Source: Euglena gracilis | Lineage: Eukaryota | Direction of reading: 5' to 3' | Assembly (NCBI GenBank): GCA_039621445.1 | Contig: CP154954.1 | Span: forward strand, 14,240,387-14,304,386 | DNA length: 64,000 bases | Shown: positions 26,880 to 39,398 of the stretch, one piece after another | Position numbering within the stretch: the stretch's first letter is position 1 | How the letters are laid out: each line of letters opens with the position of its first letter | The notes under the pieces: generated by a model | The model's database searches: none | The model's input: the letters and a program-made list of their open reading frames with translations, nothing else | Told to the model about the DNA's origin: nothing | Program-made: the position numbers and the translations under genes

Positions 26880-28480
26880 GGACGTTACGACCTGGACGTA
26901 CAATTCATGATTGACCATCTGTTCTGGATTTCAGACGGATGCGACACAATCATGCAGAAATACTACGAAGAGCAACACCCCTGTGTGGTTGCTCCAGAAA
27001 TACACCGACATATGGTCAAACTGTAGAAGGAAAAAGCACAAAGCTTTTTTTTTCGACGGTACAATTTCCTGCTACGAAAGCCAGGATAGCATTCACAAAT
27101 TGCCAGGAATCTGGCAATTACTTTTCTGGCTCGGATTCCATTGCATGAACTTTTGCAATCCCAGCCAGCAAAAAACACTACCTACCACATCCAAATATAT
27201 GTCTACAATCTGGATGGGAATCAACCCTAGACGCACTGAAGACAATTTTCGACGATATCCGAGAAATCGGACCACAAAGCATGTTATGGGAAGTATTCCC
27301 ACTTCCAAAGGATGTACAATTGGTGAGACACAAAATGTTTTGATACAATTACCAAATTTTTCTGAACGAACACTACGGCCCCCATTTCCAAGTGGTCGGA
27401 ATCGACCAGACATATGCACAAAAATTCGTTGTTTGTGTGTCTGCGGAGTCTGGAACGCGGAGAGTACAGCACACAAAATGCTGTAAGGGCCGAAATGCCA
27501 GCTACAACGCCTGCTCAGGCACGACCACAAACACCATTACCAGACGCGGAACCTGACGCTCCTACAGAACTTACAATGGCCGAAATGCCTGCAAACCCTA
27601 CAAAGGCCGCAGCGCCTCTGACAGACACGGTTCCACCCACCTCCGCACGTGGGGAAAGTGGACGAGAATCAACTGATGAAGATATAATCGCACTACGCGA
27701 CGAGACTGAACAAATACAACGTGAATTTCGGCATTTACAGCGGACCCAGACGACTTCATACTCATACCACCAGAAGTCGGGCAGGCAGCAGGACGCATCC
27801 TAGGAGGCGTCCGAAGTGACTTACCTCGATAATCACAATGGTGAGATCGAGGTCTTCCTCCTCAACGTGAAATCCCCGTGACACGGGACGTGGCGAACAA
27901 CCCACACAAGAAGTTCCGGCTTCGACTGCAGAACTGGCAGCAGACGCGGCCAGCTCTACTCCTGTTGTACAAACCACTGTCCAAACACCCGAAGTGGTGA
28001 CAACGACCGAATCGACTACGGTCGAAACAACGCCACCACACGACACAACACCCGTAGTGGTACACACACACACCTGAACAGGTGGTACCGACGGCACCTG
28101 ACGTACCACCTACCACTACACCAACAAAAAACCTGCTTCAAAGTCCCCTGCAGAGCGCCCCTTTCCGCCACAGAAAGAAAAAGGAAAGAAAAAGGCAGTA
28201 AACCTAAGCCTAAACCGCAGCCTGCAGACCCATGCAAACCTGCTGAACGACACAACGAGCCAAAACCACCTGCACCTGGGAGTGGTAACAAATCAGGAAA
28301 GCGGGCGAAGACCTCAGCTGCTACCACACCAGCGCCAACTTACACTGATGTGACCGGGAAAAGCCGGGTCACATCTACCCTTCGAGGTAGAACTCGATAC
28401 AACGTCTGACACATCGCAAGAGGAAAACATGCCCGTTGACGATAATGCCGCACTTTGGCAAAACAAACAAAAAAATATTG
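26880..28480 (+). pseudogene. Decayed coding remnant of unknown family, Thr/Pro-rich in its distal half
   Basis: Lacks the homopolymer runs of the surrounding DNA. Successive broken ORFs (26911-27486, 27414-27803, then PEVVTTTESTTVETT). Confidence 0.35.
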
Positions 28481-28852
28481 GCCCGGCCATTAGCCAAATA
28501 GGGGGGGGGTGAGGGTAGCGGTGTGGCTGAATTTGGTGGTGATCGCTAGTCGTCTGATGAAAAGAGCTTTCAATTGAGGTGTGACTTTGTACCTGGACGA
28601 TTGACACAGCCAGATATACGCTCGCGATCGTCGGAATTTGGCAAAATTCAAAATAGCGTGATATTTCAGATCAGTGGTCGGAGATTGGTCCTGGGAGTGC
28701 CTTTTGACCAAAGGTTGGGGACGCCGGTTCTGTCCTGAACCGGCGTCTCTAAAACGCCGCTTTAAACAAAGGGGGGTCGGACGCTGGTTCTGTCCTGAAC
28801 CGGCGTCCGCCCCCCCTTTTTGTGGTAAAACCGGCGTTTGGGACGCCGGGTT

Positions 28853-29815
28853 CTTAGGACCAGCTTGGGGAATGCGAGAATCGCAAAGAGGTTGGAGTCG
28901 TTTGGGGTTGTGGCGTAGTGTGTGGTCAAGTCGGCCAGAGTGTCCGATACCCCTTGCTGACATTTGGCAGGTTACATGGCGCACTGTATGAATGCGGTCT
29001 TGTAGAATGTCCCAAATGGGACATGGAGGGGGGCCGACGATGATGGAATCCTGGATGAGACGCAGGTTGACCTCTTGACCTGCTGGGTCGATGACCGCTG
29101 CGGCGTCTCGGTGGGCTGCGCCGTGTGCCAGGTCGACCGTGTGGTGGTCCGCTGGTCCGGGGTTGGGTTCGATGTCTCCGCAGGTCATCAAGGAGCCTCT
29201 CCCTACGTGTCGGATTCCTGGGAGGATGCTTGAGGGGGAAGGCCTTACGATGAATCCGGCCACATTTTGGATTATTATTTGGAATGCGTCAGACCGCGCA
29301 CTCCAAAGCCCCAGAAATCCACGGGGAACTTATGGTGGCAGAGGAGACGAAGCGTGTGCTGTGTATATTGTCTGTCCCTTCTTCCATTTCCTCACTCCGG
29401 AGGACCCAGAGGACGAAACGGACGACGAGTCTGAAGAATGTACGGGGGTATGTTCCGCAGGCATTGTAGGTGTAGGTGGAGGTTGTAGCACACGTTCTTC
29501 CGAACGTTTGGTTGCAGACTTTGCTGCTCTTTTGGCTGTTGTCGTTGTGGATGACGCAACTGTTGTGGGTTCCTGCTCAGTTGCAGACGGCGCTGCTTCG
29601 GACTCCACTGGCTTAAGTTCAGGAAGTATTGTACGGGGTACTAGGCGAAAATTTTGCCATCCAATAAATTTGTTTCCTCCTGATCCACCACCGTCTTCGT
29701 CTCATTCAGGTCGAAGAGGGAGGTATTCTTGTGGGATCGGTTGCCTTGGGTTGAACAAATTGCCAACTAACACCTGCCAGCCGGTGAGTGACAATAAAAT
29801 CTCAGCAGGACAGTG
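28853..29815 (-). pseudogene. CRE/SLACS-like non-LTR retrotransposon remnant with a 2A-like peptide
   Basis: One frame runs from ~29815 with two nonsense codons (29702, 29330) through GRGSLMTCGDIEPNPGP to IHTVRHV. After a 1-nt shift it reads PAKCQQGVSDTLADLTTHYATTPNDSNLFAILAFPKLVLR, like the pre-RT region of CRE-clade ORFs. Confidence 0.7.
29153..29203 (-). other. 2A/StopGo ribosomal-skip-like sequence GRGSLMTCGDIEPNPG|P
   Basis: Fits the D[VI]ExNPGP consensus. Compare T2A, GRGSLLTCGDVEENPGP. Confidence 0.85.
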
Positions 29816-29999
29816 AAACCGGCCTGGACCGAGAAAAAGGTCGATGACAAGGGGTCCAAAATGGTCCAAAATGGCCATTTTCCAAATTTTGGTAGTTTTT
29901 GGGGGTTTCACCTCAATAAACTGGCTGGAAAAAAAAACCCAAGGCAGGTGGGTTTGGGCATTTTTTGCCGCTTTCGGGTGCCAAGCCGGTTCAATCCAA

Positions 30000-31500
30000 C
30001 AGCTGATTAGGACCCACCCCTCTGGAGCTTCAATAACAGCAATCTCAACTGTAATATTTTCATGTGAGAATTTCTGGAAAAAATATTTAAAGCAAAGAAG
30101 ATGCATTTCATTCAATTAAGCAGCTACATTGCCTTCGAAAGCTTTCTTCTCTTCAACAGCCAATGCATCCCCAAGCCCAGTTTTAGTCACTTTGCCGTTT
30201 TGCCACGGTGAGCCATTTTTTTCCAACTTTCAAGGAATTTACCCATTTCAATTTGAAAACAATTTCACTATTTTCCTTCACTATCCTTCGCAACTTGATC
30301 CGTCTGAGCAATCACACGCAATTCCAATCTTGGAGCTCTTGCGTTCCCACTCCAACACTCTTTTACCACCAACAATGGCTTCCGGCACTGCCTTCATGGT
30401 TCACAAATCACATGCAAATTGCACCATCAAACTACATGCAAATTGCACCATCAAATCACATGCAAATTGGACCATCAAATCACATGCAAATTGGACCATC
30501 AAATCACATGCAAATTGCACCATCAAATCACATGCAAATTGGACCATCAAATCACATGCAAATTGGACCATCAAATCACATGCAAATTGGACCATCAAAT
30601 CACATGCAAATTGCACCATCAAATCACATGCAAATTGCATTATCTCAATCAAATAACAACCAAAGCTCCAAACAAAAGGGAGGTCTGCTGCCCAGCCGGG
30701 GAGGGGCAAATGTAGAAAGGCTGTGGAAAGGATGCTGGACCCCCCACGAATAGATTCGAATTGGTTCGGCTTAAAGACAACCCCTGCTTCAAAGCACAAA
30801 ACAAATGTTCTCTCTGCATGACACTCAGATAAATTCAGTTTCGTTGGCCATACTTCCTTTTTTTTGGTTGCTGAAAGAAATTGGTCAGAATGGAAGTAGG
30901 CGAAGTCCCAAAACGCTGCTTTTTTTACATCATGATGCATTTTCCTCGTGACATCTTCTTGACACCGGTGAGGTGCCGATGTTGGAAGCACTTGACGACG
31001 GCGTGTGGGAGACCTATGCAAAAATAAGGTCACCGAGCCCGCGTACTCCTTTTTCATATTTTCCCCCCAAATTGTATACAATCCCATGCAACCATAAAAA
31101 GCATACCCATGCAGGGAAGGTAGTTACCACCCCAACCTTCGGCTAAACGCAGCAATCAATCGCCTGCACGCCGCCTTAGCCGCTCTGGAGCCCGTCCACT
31201 CAACCCGCACATCGGAACCGCAGGGCAGCGACAGAGAGGAGAGCATTTTGTTGAGAGGAGGGATTCCCTGGGAAAAGGTGGGGGTGGGGGCAGATGGAAC
31301 GTTGCAAATGCCGTCCAAGTTTGGGATGGGGTTGAATGCTCCCCCGTTGTGTTCGTGTTGGCAACAACAGACCAAGGGGCAAACTAATTCAGGACAGCTA
31401 TTAAGATTCCAATGGTCTTTAGGGTGCAAACGAGCCACCCAGATGAAAATACCAGTTGTTGTAAGCCAGCAACCCATGGGGGGGTTTAACCACAAAAAAG
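30000..31500 (-). pseudogene. Decayed ORF of unknown family, interrupted by the 24-bp minisatellite
   Basis: ORFs 31124-31495 and 30401-31087 are in frame and separated by one stop. Further broken coding-like text lies at 30000-30400. Confidence 0.3.
30405..30644. repeat. 24-bp minisatellite x10 (AAATCACATGCAAATTG[C/G]ACCATC)
   Basis: Ten units, read as SHAN[C/W]TIK in the ORF track. Confidence 0.97.
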
Positions 31501-33049
31501 CAAGACTAATGACGAAACAACTGAATTAGGGGAAAACACATTTTTTTGAGTTCTGGTTGGATAGATAATGTTCCAGCAATGCCAGACATCATTTTTTCTT
31601 CCGGAAGTTGGCTTGTTTTGGAGAGATTTTGATCTTTGATTCTTGATCGGTCAGAGAAAATTCCGCCAGTCCATTTTAAGGATTTTAAGGGATTTTAAAG
31701 TTTTTCTAGCCGCCTTAAAAATAACAATGCCTGGCCAGGAGGGAGAGACCTGGGGGTGGACAGGGCCAGCCTGACGGGATGAATTAGACTGGAAACACCA
31801 TAGCAAGGACCGTGAAAAAACCACCCAATGTTAGCAACCCCTTTGTGAGTAACCCCCAAATTTCAGCAGCCCTTTGGACTATTTTGGCCGACACCTGAAT
31901 GCAAGCAAACCCCAAACAAAAGACATTCCGAGCCTGGTGCTGTGAAGAAAATATTCATGAAAATGGCATTGGAGAGCTTGAAAGAAACATTCACCCCCAA
32001 ATTCAAATCACCTTCAGCCCCTTTTCAGAAACATAAATATAGGCGACCAATTGCTTATTCGGGGGATTTAGCAATCGAAGCAGGTGTTTCCCAAGGGACA
32101 GACATACCTTGGCCCCCTTTTATTTCACACACTGTGTCATTGATTGCCCGTGTCAAGAACAAACCCAAAACCTTGCCGTGTTTTGAGCAGGGGGATTGTT
32201 TCCTTTGCTGGTTTGGGGGGTATCTCTTCCCTGAACACCCTTCCCCGGGCGTTTTGCCCCCTCCTCGTTGCATGCAGGCTTGCCCCAAAAGTGGACCCTC
32301 GGCATTACTTGTTATCTTGGACCTTTTAACAGTTTGGGTTATTTTGCTCATGGCCCAACAAAATTCTTAGCATCCAAACTTGGCCCCTTGATATTCTTCC
32401 CCCAGCCTTCCCTTCGTCAATGCTCTGTCTGCTGTCTCCCCCTGCTGTTTCGGAAGGTGAGGCACTTTCCCCCAGGGACGAAAATGTCAGCTCTTTTCCC
32501 TTCTGACCCAGACCTGCCCGGGAAACTGTACTCTCCCCTCTGTCCCCGCTGTCCTGTCTTTATAGGGATTTCTCCTCCCTGTGTAGTCACTGACTTGTTG
32601 TGTGCTTCAGAAAGCAATTTTTTTTGTTTTATCATATTTGCTTGGGTTTTCTTGTTTTATGTGTTCTGGCTTTTCAATTTTTTAAATTTTGTTCCTGGCA
32701 ATGCGAAAAGTTTTCATTAAATTTTCAGCTGTTTTTAAATATTATTGCCTAAAAAAAATTGACACCTGGGGGGGGGGGCCGCAGCTTTTTGCAGCCCTGG
32801 ACCCCCCCTCTCCCCATCAATGAGATTTATTTATTTCCCGCCACCCGAAGGGCGGCTGGACGCTGACGGATTACTCGCTTTTAAGGGTCAACAGCCCTTG
32901 GACCAAAATAGCGCCTTAAAAAGGCTTAAAAAGCCTAAAAAGGTCAGAAAAAGGCCTTAAAATGCTTTAAAATTTCGGGGAAAAGGTGCATTAAAAATAA
33001 TCATGCCTGCTCCTGGAAAAGAGCAGGAACAGAGAGCAAAAAGAGAGAG

Positions 33050-33560
33050 GCTTGCGAACGGCTGTCTTGCACGGCTTTCCACACGGGGTCAGTCCAGGGG
33101 TGGAAAGGTCTCTTTGTCACCCGAGGGTGCGCGACTCGCAGCGGCTGAGTGCGTGTGTGGAAGGCCCGGCGCGCTGGCGGTGCGTCAGCGCTGGCGGTGC
33201 AGACCGGAGGGGGGAGCGTCCCAGCCAAGTGGCAGAGGCACAACGGTGGAAGGAAGAGACTGCCAGGGTGGGCCGGCAGCGGCGGTGGGGGACGGGACGA
33301 AACAAACGAGCCGTGGTTTCACCATCATTATTAGGTCAAAGTCAAACACAACAAAGTATTGCTGTCGCCTCGTACGTTTTCACAGATCCTCTTGGCCGTG
33401 GGGAGCTTGGAAACCCGAGGGGTACTTGGAAACTCGCGGGGAAGACTGAGCGACTCGAGGGGGAATATAACCCCACTCCCTGAGTTGACAGCAAAAATAT
33501 TCCGTCTGAGTTGGAAATGCAAAAGAAAGCACTTCTGTCGATCAGAAGGACGGTCCCTAA
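33050..33560 (+). repeat. Old diverged paralogue of the macro-repeat (RT domain 0-1-like part)
   Basis: Aligns to 3875-4500 without the MITE, then to 2040-2185. Confidence 0.85.
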
Positions 33561-34429
33561 CTTAAAAAAAAAAATCCTGTCGCAATACACTTCAACCGAA
33601 AAATAAGGGCTTTTTACATGCAGGCGTCACTCTCCGGAAAGTCCGCAATGGGAAGTGACGATTCCCGCCTTTGATAAAATGACGAATCATGGAGGTCCCT
33701 GAAATCCCTGGTGTCCCTGCACATGTGGATACTCCTTTCTGATGGAGGAGGTCTCTGAATCTCCAAATGCCTCCACAATGATGCGGGTACTTCCGTCATC
33801 TTCGTCTGGGTTTTCTCTTAGGCGGGTTGTCCCTACGGAGGAAAAACAATGTCCCAGAGTGATTACACCATGGTTGGGATCGGTCAATGAAACGGTAAAT
33901 GAACTAAATGGGGAGTTAATGAGTCCAGGGATTGTTGGTCAAAATCTGATCCCAAAAATGGCCCAAAATTCCAAATGTTCCGACTCTGACAATTTTTTTC
34001 TCCAAAACGGCAGAAATTGAGGTTTTGAGAAGTTGAGGCCCCAAAAAAATATGTGGGCCGTGGCAGAGAAAAGGGAATTCAGTCCCCCACTTTGACCTCC
34101 GGAGTTGTATTCTGGTCAAGGTAGTGAACTTGCAGAATTCTGGCAGAATCCTGGAATGTTGTTCTGAAAGAAAAAAAAGTTGTCCAAAAAAAACTAGGGC
34201 AGTGACTCATTCTATTTTGAAAATATTAAATTAGTCATTAAAACTCATTTTGTTTGAAATGTTCTAAAAAAAGAAACATAATTTTATCTTTCCCTTTGAG
34301 AAAAAGATTGTTGTAAAAACGGTTGTATTGATGTGACATAAATACAATTAATAATATAATAACATTTTTTTCCGTTTCTACTTTCACGTTTCTAATGAAA
34401 AAGATCTCAGCTGAAAATTGGGCCCCAAA

Positions 34430-34814
34430 CAGGGTTCGATATAAGGACAGGTGGGGGGGGGGTGGTCCGGACCCCCCCTGCACCTACCTAAACTGGGGTG
34501 CGGCCCGACTGACCGATTTTCGGCCCGGCGCGAAGCACCAGCCGAAAATTTTTGACCCCCCAAAACGACCAAAAGTGCCATTTTAGGCACTTTTTGGGCC
34601 AAAATGAGCCAAAAAAGCAAAAAAAATTCGGCGCAAAGCGCCGAAGGTAAAAATTGACCCTTTTTGGGGGGTCCTGGGTACCCCCCCAGGGTCGATCCGG
34701 ACCCCCCTGGCAGGTGGGGGGGGTGGTCCGGACCCCCCCCTGCGGGCCAGGAGGGGGGGGGTGGGGGGACACCCCCCACATAAACCATGTACGCCCTCCT
34801 TATATCAAACCCTG
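34430..34814. mobile_element. 385-bp hAT-type MITE
   Basis: 18-bp TIR CAGGGTT[C/T]GATATAAGGA; perfect TSD GCCCCAAA (34422-34429 and 34815-34822). Confidence 0.92.
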
Positions 34815-35639
34815 GCCCCAAATTCAGATTTGAATCGGAATCATTTCTAACCAAAACTTTCAAAGTCAACACATGCTCATAACAAAGAGATACAAAAATA
34901 AAATATCCAACACAAAGAAAGAGTTTCAAGAACAGCGTCTTATAACTGCAAATGATATACCGCAACGGACTGTCCCAACCATAAGCCTGGCGGGGGGGGG
35001 GGGTCTGTGGCCCAATGGGGAAAAAAGAACAATGGGCACCTTCATTACCAAAGGACCCTGAATCTTTCTGTTGATTGTCAAAAAGAAAGTGTGAAACCCT
35101 GGGGTGAAAAGGGGTGACTAAATCCGCGAGACTTACCGAGGGTGGTCCTCAGCTTCCATGGTCTCCTCAGGGAAAATGGCATGTGACGGGATGTGACTGG
35201 GAGGCGTGTGACCGCGTGACCTCACGGCGGCGATTTTCCGGAGAAGGAGGGGCAGGCTTGTTTGGGAATCTGGGGAGGGGGGGCAAACACCCCTCCTATC
35301 TCCAGTTTTGGTAGCTGGAAATTCTCACCATCGAGTGCATATTATTACTTTGAGCCTCAAGTGGGTCCTAGAATACACCCCCGGCGCGAAGCGCCGGACG
35401 ATTTTTTATTTTGCCCCCGCAGAGGAGGGGGGGGTGGCGGACCCACTTCCAAAACTAGAAAGGGGGATGGGGGATCCCCCTAGGGGGGGTGACCCCCTAG
35501 GGGTCCCCCATCTACCTCATGTCTGCGGAGCTTCCTATACTACCCTGAGAAGGGGAGACACAAGCAGAACCCACCACTCCTTTGGGGGCATTTCTGACCA
35601 ATTCAGGGGGGGAAAGGTCGAAAAAATTCAATGCCCTCA

Positions 35640-38600
35640 AACAATGAGTGGAGAGTGAGAGTTACGGGGGGACGGGTGGGAGAGGTCCCGTGGTACTGGT
35701 GGGCTGGGGGATTTTTTTTGGATGCAAATTGGAGAAATTCGGTCCAAAAATGGTCAAAAGTGGGTGTTTTGAGGGTGGGTGTTTGGGTTTTGATAACCTT
35801 AATTTTCAGCTGGAAAAGGGCTGTGGGTCCAGCCAGCACCTGAAGAAAACAAGTGTGCTAGACAATTGGAGGTATTCCTGAAAGCGGAAAGTGGAACCAT
35901 CCGACAGGCCACAAACTGGGGTATGCGAAGAAATTCAAAGAAGATGCACGCAAATTATGCTCCCAGATGCTGCTCTGTTTATTTCTGTTCTGCTTTACCT
36001 TGTTTGATTATTTCAATTTATGTCACATTTACATGGTTTCTTGAGCCCTTTCTCATAATACAATTTGTTTGCGATTTTTGTAGTTGTTGTTATTTTTTGT
36101 TGACTGTTCTGTTGTATTCCAGTAATTTTGCTCCTTTGTTCATTTTCAATAGGTTGCATGAGCCGCTCTAGGGTTCTTGTACTTTGCCAACTACGGAGTT
36201 GCCAGATTGAAAAAAGCAGAAAATAGAAAACAATATTAAAAAACAGAAATTATTCGAAAATGCGTGCCAGATAGTTTAAAAAATCAGGTCCCCCTCGCCG
36301 AGCACTGCCCTTCGCCGGGGGGGGGGGGGGGCATGTCACAGGGGTATGGGGCGGCACACCCGACACAGACAGTTCCGGGGGTGGACAAGATCCAATATCT
36401 CTGAAAGCTTCTCTGCTTCTGCAATGGCAGGCGCCAAGGTGGAAGGCACGTTCCCACGTTGTTGCATTGGGGAGGTACATGTCCCCGTGGGTTTGAAAGC
36501 CTCCATGGCGGCTCTGTTTGAATTTCCGAGACTTTCATAACGTTGCTTTTTGCTTGCAATTTCTTTGTCCATAGTCAGGTGGAAATGTCCGGTCCATACA
36601 CCACTGAAATCGGAAGGGAAAAAATCGGAGCAACACACAATGTTTGTCATTCTCCCAAACCAAATTACAGGAGTCGCGGAAAATTGCCTGTGAAGTGTCC
36701 CACGGGTAGCTCCCTCCAGCACATTTGATGGTTCAGCGAGGTCAAGCCAGCACACTGCTACCCCGCAAAGCGGTCAAGGTTGGGGGATAAAAGAAGGTCC
36801 GATATAACCCGGACTCAGTGGCACACTTCAGATTGCAAGAGGTGTGCCCCCCAAGCACACAATAACGTCCGCGGTATCGGCGTCTCTGGCCTATGGATGG
36901 TGAAACCCTGGGTGGAATTGCATCCCTGGACTGGGCGAGCCCTTTCCTGTTTTGAGATGTGTCACCGGGGGCTGGATTGTCACCCTCTGCCTCCGGTGAC
37001 CTCGTCTGGTGCCCAAATTGACCAGGTTTAGATTCATAGCTCTTTGCAGCAAAACGAAATCGACACGGTACACGGCACACTTCCCCTGACAAGACCTGGA
37101 AAGGATGGGGGTGCATAGACAATCAATAACCACGAATGAAAAAAAAAAAAACTACGGTGCTTCGCGCCGAAATGGATTCCCATCTTTTTCGTGTTTGTTC
37201 ATCTTGGAGGCATTAGGTCACAAAAAATCAGCAATGCACCACCAACCGTTTTCTTGAGCCCGAGGGGATCTCACCCTGGTCTAGTACCCTGGTACAAACA
37301 CCTGTGGACGCCTCCCTGTGGGGCTGCGAGGCGAAGCTGCGAGTGGACTGAAAAAAAAAGACTTAGGCTGTGTGAGGGTGGGGGGTGCAGGGGTGTTGGG
37401 GAGTGTGGGGGCAAATTTGTGGAGCAGCTGGCAGCCAAACTTCGGACCCCTCCTGCCTCCTGGGGGTCCGCTGAAATATTCCATTGAAATCTGGTCAAAA
37501 AATGGTCAAAAGATGGTTTTTTGAGCGCTCAGTTATTTTTTTTTTGCCCCAATATGTTTTCTTTTTTTTCTTCAGCTGAAGCAGACAGGGTGTCCAACCA
37601 GCACATCCTCCTCCACTTACCACCGTCACTCCCCTTCCGTTTTTTTTCGTGGACATTTGATTTTTTGACGTTTCCTCCTGGAAAAATTGTCCTAAATTAT
37701 GAAACTTTAGATCACAAGCAAAAAAACTTTCTTTTTTCGCACTTATCCCCCACCAAGCACCTTTGGGCATCCAGAATTCCAGACCCAGTCATGCTCAGTC
37801 ACGCCCAGTCATGCCCGGTCACGCTGACTCACAGCCAGTCCACACACAGAAATGTCAGTGACAGAAAAGGTCAAAGCTGGCCAAAAGTGGCAAAAAATGA
37901 CCAAAATACTCAAAAACATACAAAGATGGACAGAAAGGGAGAGAAAAGGAGAAGAAGGGTTAACTGTGGCCAAAACTGGCCTGACGAGGTCGAAATTTAC
38001 AATCACGTCCAGTCATGCCCAGTCACGGAACCATAGATTGATTACCTTAACCTCTGGAACCCTTCCCCACGGGGGTGGGGTGCGCCATGGGGCAGAATTT
38101 GGACCAGTAAGGCCGGTGCGGAAAATTCTTTTCAGCTTCTTCGGCCGATTTTGGTAGGATTCTGGGTGGGTGGATGGGTAGGTGACCACCCCGGGGGGGG
38201 GGTCGTGGGTGGGTGGGTTTTTGAAAAAAGGTGGGTGGGTGGGTGGGTTTGGGCCAGGGAAGGAGTGCACCCCCTGGGGTCACTAAATGAGTCTATGCAC
38301 GGAATCCTATCTATGAGTGCCATCAAACCCAGTCACGCCCAGTCACGAACAGTCTTGCCCAGTCGTGCCCAGTCATTTCATAAGTGCTTTCCTGCAAACA
38401 TTTGCACTGCATGCATGCATTCTCTGAAACGGTCACTGTTAAAGAGGAGTGTGCCACTGGGGGAAAAAAACACAGATGCCGCAGGTATAAAAATGTAGCG
38501 GAGCACACGAACCTCACAACTTCCTCTGGTTGGATGGACCAACGTCAAAGGTGGGACCAAGAGAAAATAATATCGTGGTTCAGTGCACTCCTGTGCATTT

Positions 38601-39010
38601 GATGAAAACTATTTGACATAAACAAACCCTGCGAAACCAACTGACGGGCATCTGCAGGGAACTTTGGGCAGCAGAGGAGTGGACCAAAAGGCACACGGGC
38701 AAGCACCATTAATCAGGCCCAAAATTTGTCCATTTTAGGCACCCATAGTCAAGCTCAATAAGTTGCCAATTTTGGGCATAGAAAAGTTAGCAAGAGCCAA
38801 AGGCAAAGGCAGCAATGGTCAACAGCCCATGCAGGCAACTACTGAGCATAATTCCCTGCAGTTCGCACCGCTTCCACACCTCAATGGTAGCAAGCTTGCC
38901 GCACGGCTTCCGGGCTGCGGCTCCCAAAGGAATGGGGAGAGACTTCTTCGGAAACAGAGGTCTTGAGGCTTCCTGTGATTTTTTTTGTACCCCGAAGCAT
39001 ACCGAGCTAT
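35640..39010 (+). repeat. Second old paralogue of the macro-repeat, fragmented by insertions
   Basis: 35640-35840 matches 4940-5140, 36481-36885 matches 5200-5595, 37225-37280 matches 8320-8378, and 38860-39008 matches 760-890, all colinear. Confidence 0.8.
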
Positions 39011-39350
39011 AAAAATGGTTTATGCAACTTCATTTTGTCGCGTGCCCCAAAAAAAGTCGAAAATATGCAATTTTTTTTAAATTATTACAATTTTGGACTC
39101 TGCAAAAAAATGTAAACCATCGCAGTGTAAAAATTTGCATTCCCCCTTGTCAAAATTGCAGTGTTTGCACATAACCTCCCCCCCCACCCGGCGCTTTGCC
39201 TGGGCACAAATGAAGGGAGGGCCAGGGATGAACCTTAAGCGGCCAAATCTGTGGGGTCAATTTTTGCATTATTGATGGAGTAGGGTTAGGGTTAGGAGTT
39301 CGGCCGCACTTTAGGCCTAACTTGTACACGAATCAGTTTAATGCAGTTTA

Positions 39351-39385
<35 letters not shown>

Positions 39386-39398
39386 CACACTATATAAT
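39351..39398. repeat. (TA)n microsatellite
   Basis: Direct reading of the sequence. Confidence 0.9.

Noticed and set aside
29091-29816. 241-aa + strand ORF
   Set aside because: It is the antisense shadow of the minus-strand retrotransposon frame that carries the recognisable motifs.
30405-30644. CRISPR array
   Set aside because: The units are contiguous with no unique spacers, no cas genes are present, and the context is eukaryotic.
39281-39296. Telomeric TTAGGG repeats
   Set aside because: Under three units, too short to call an interstitial telomere.
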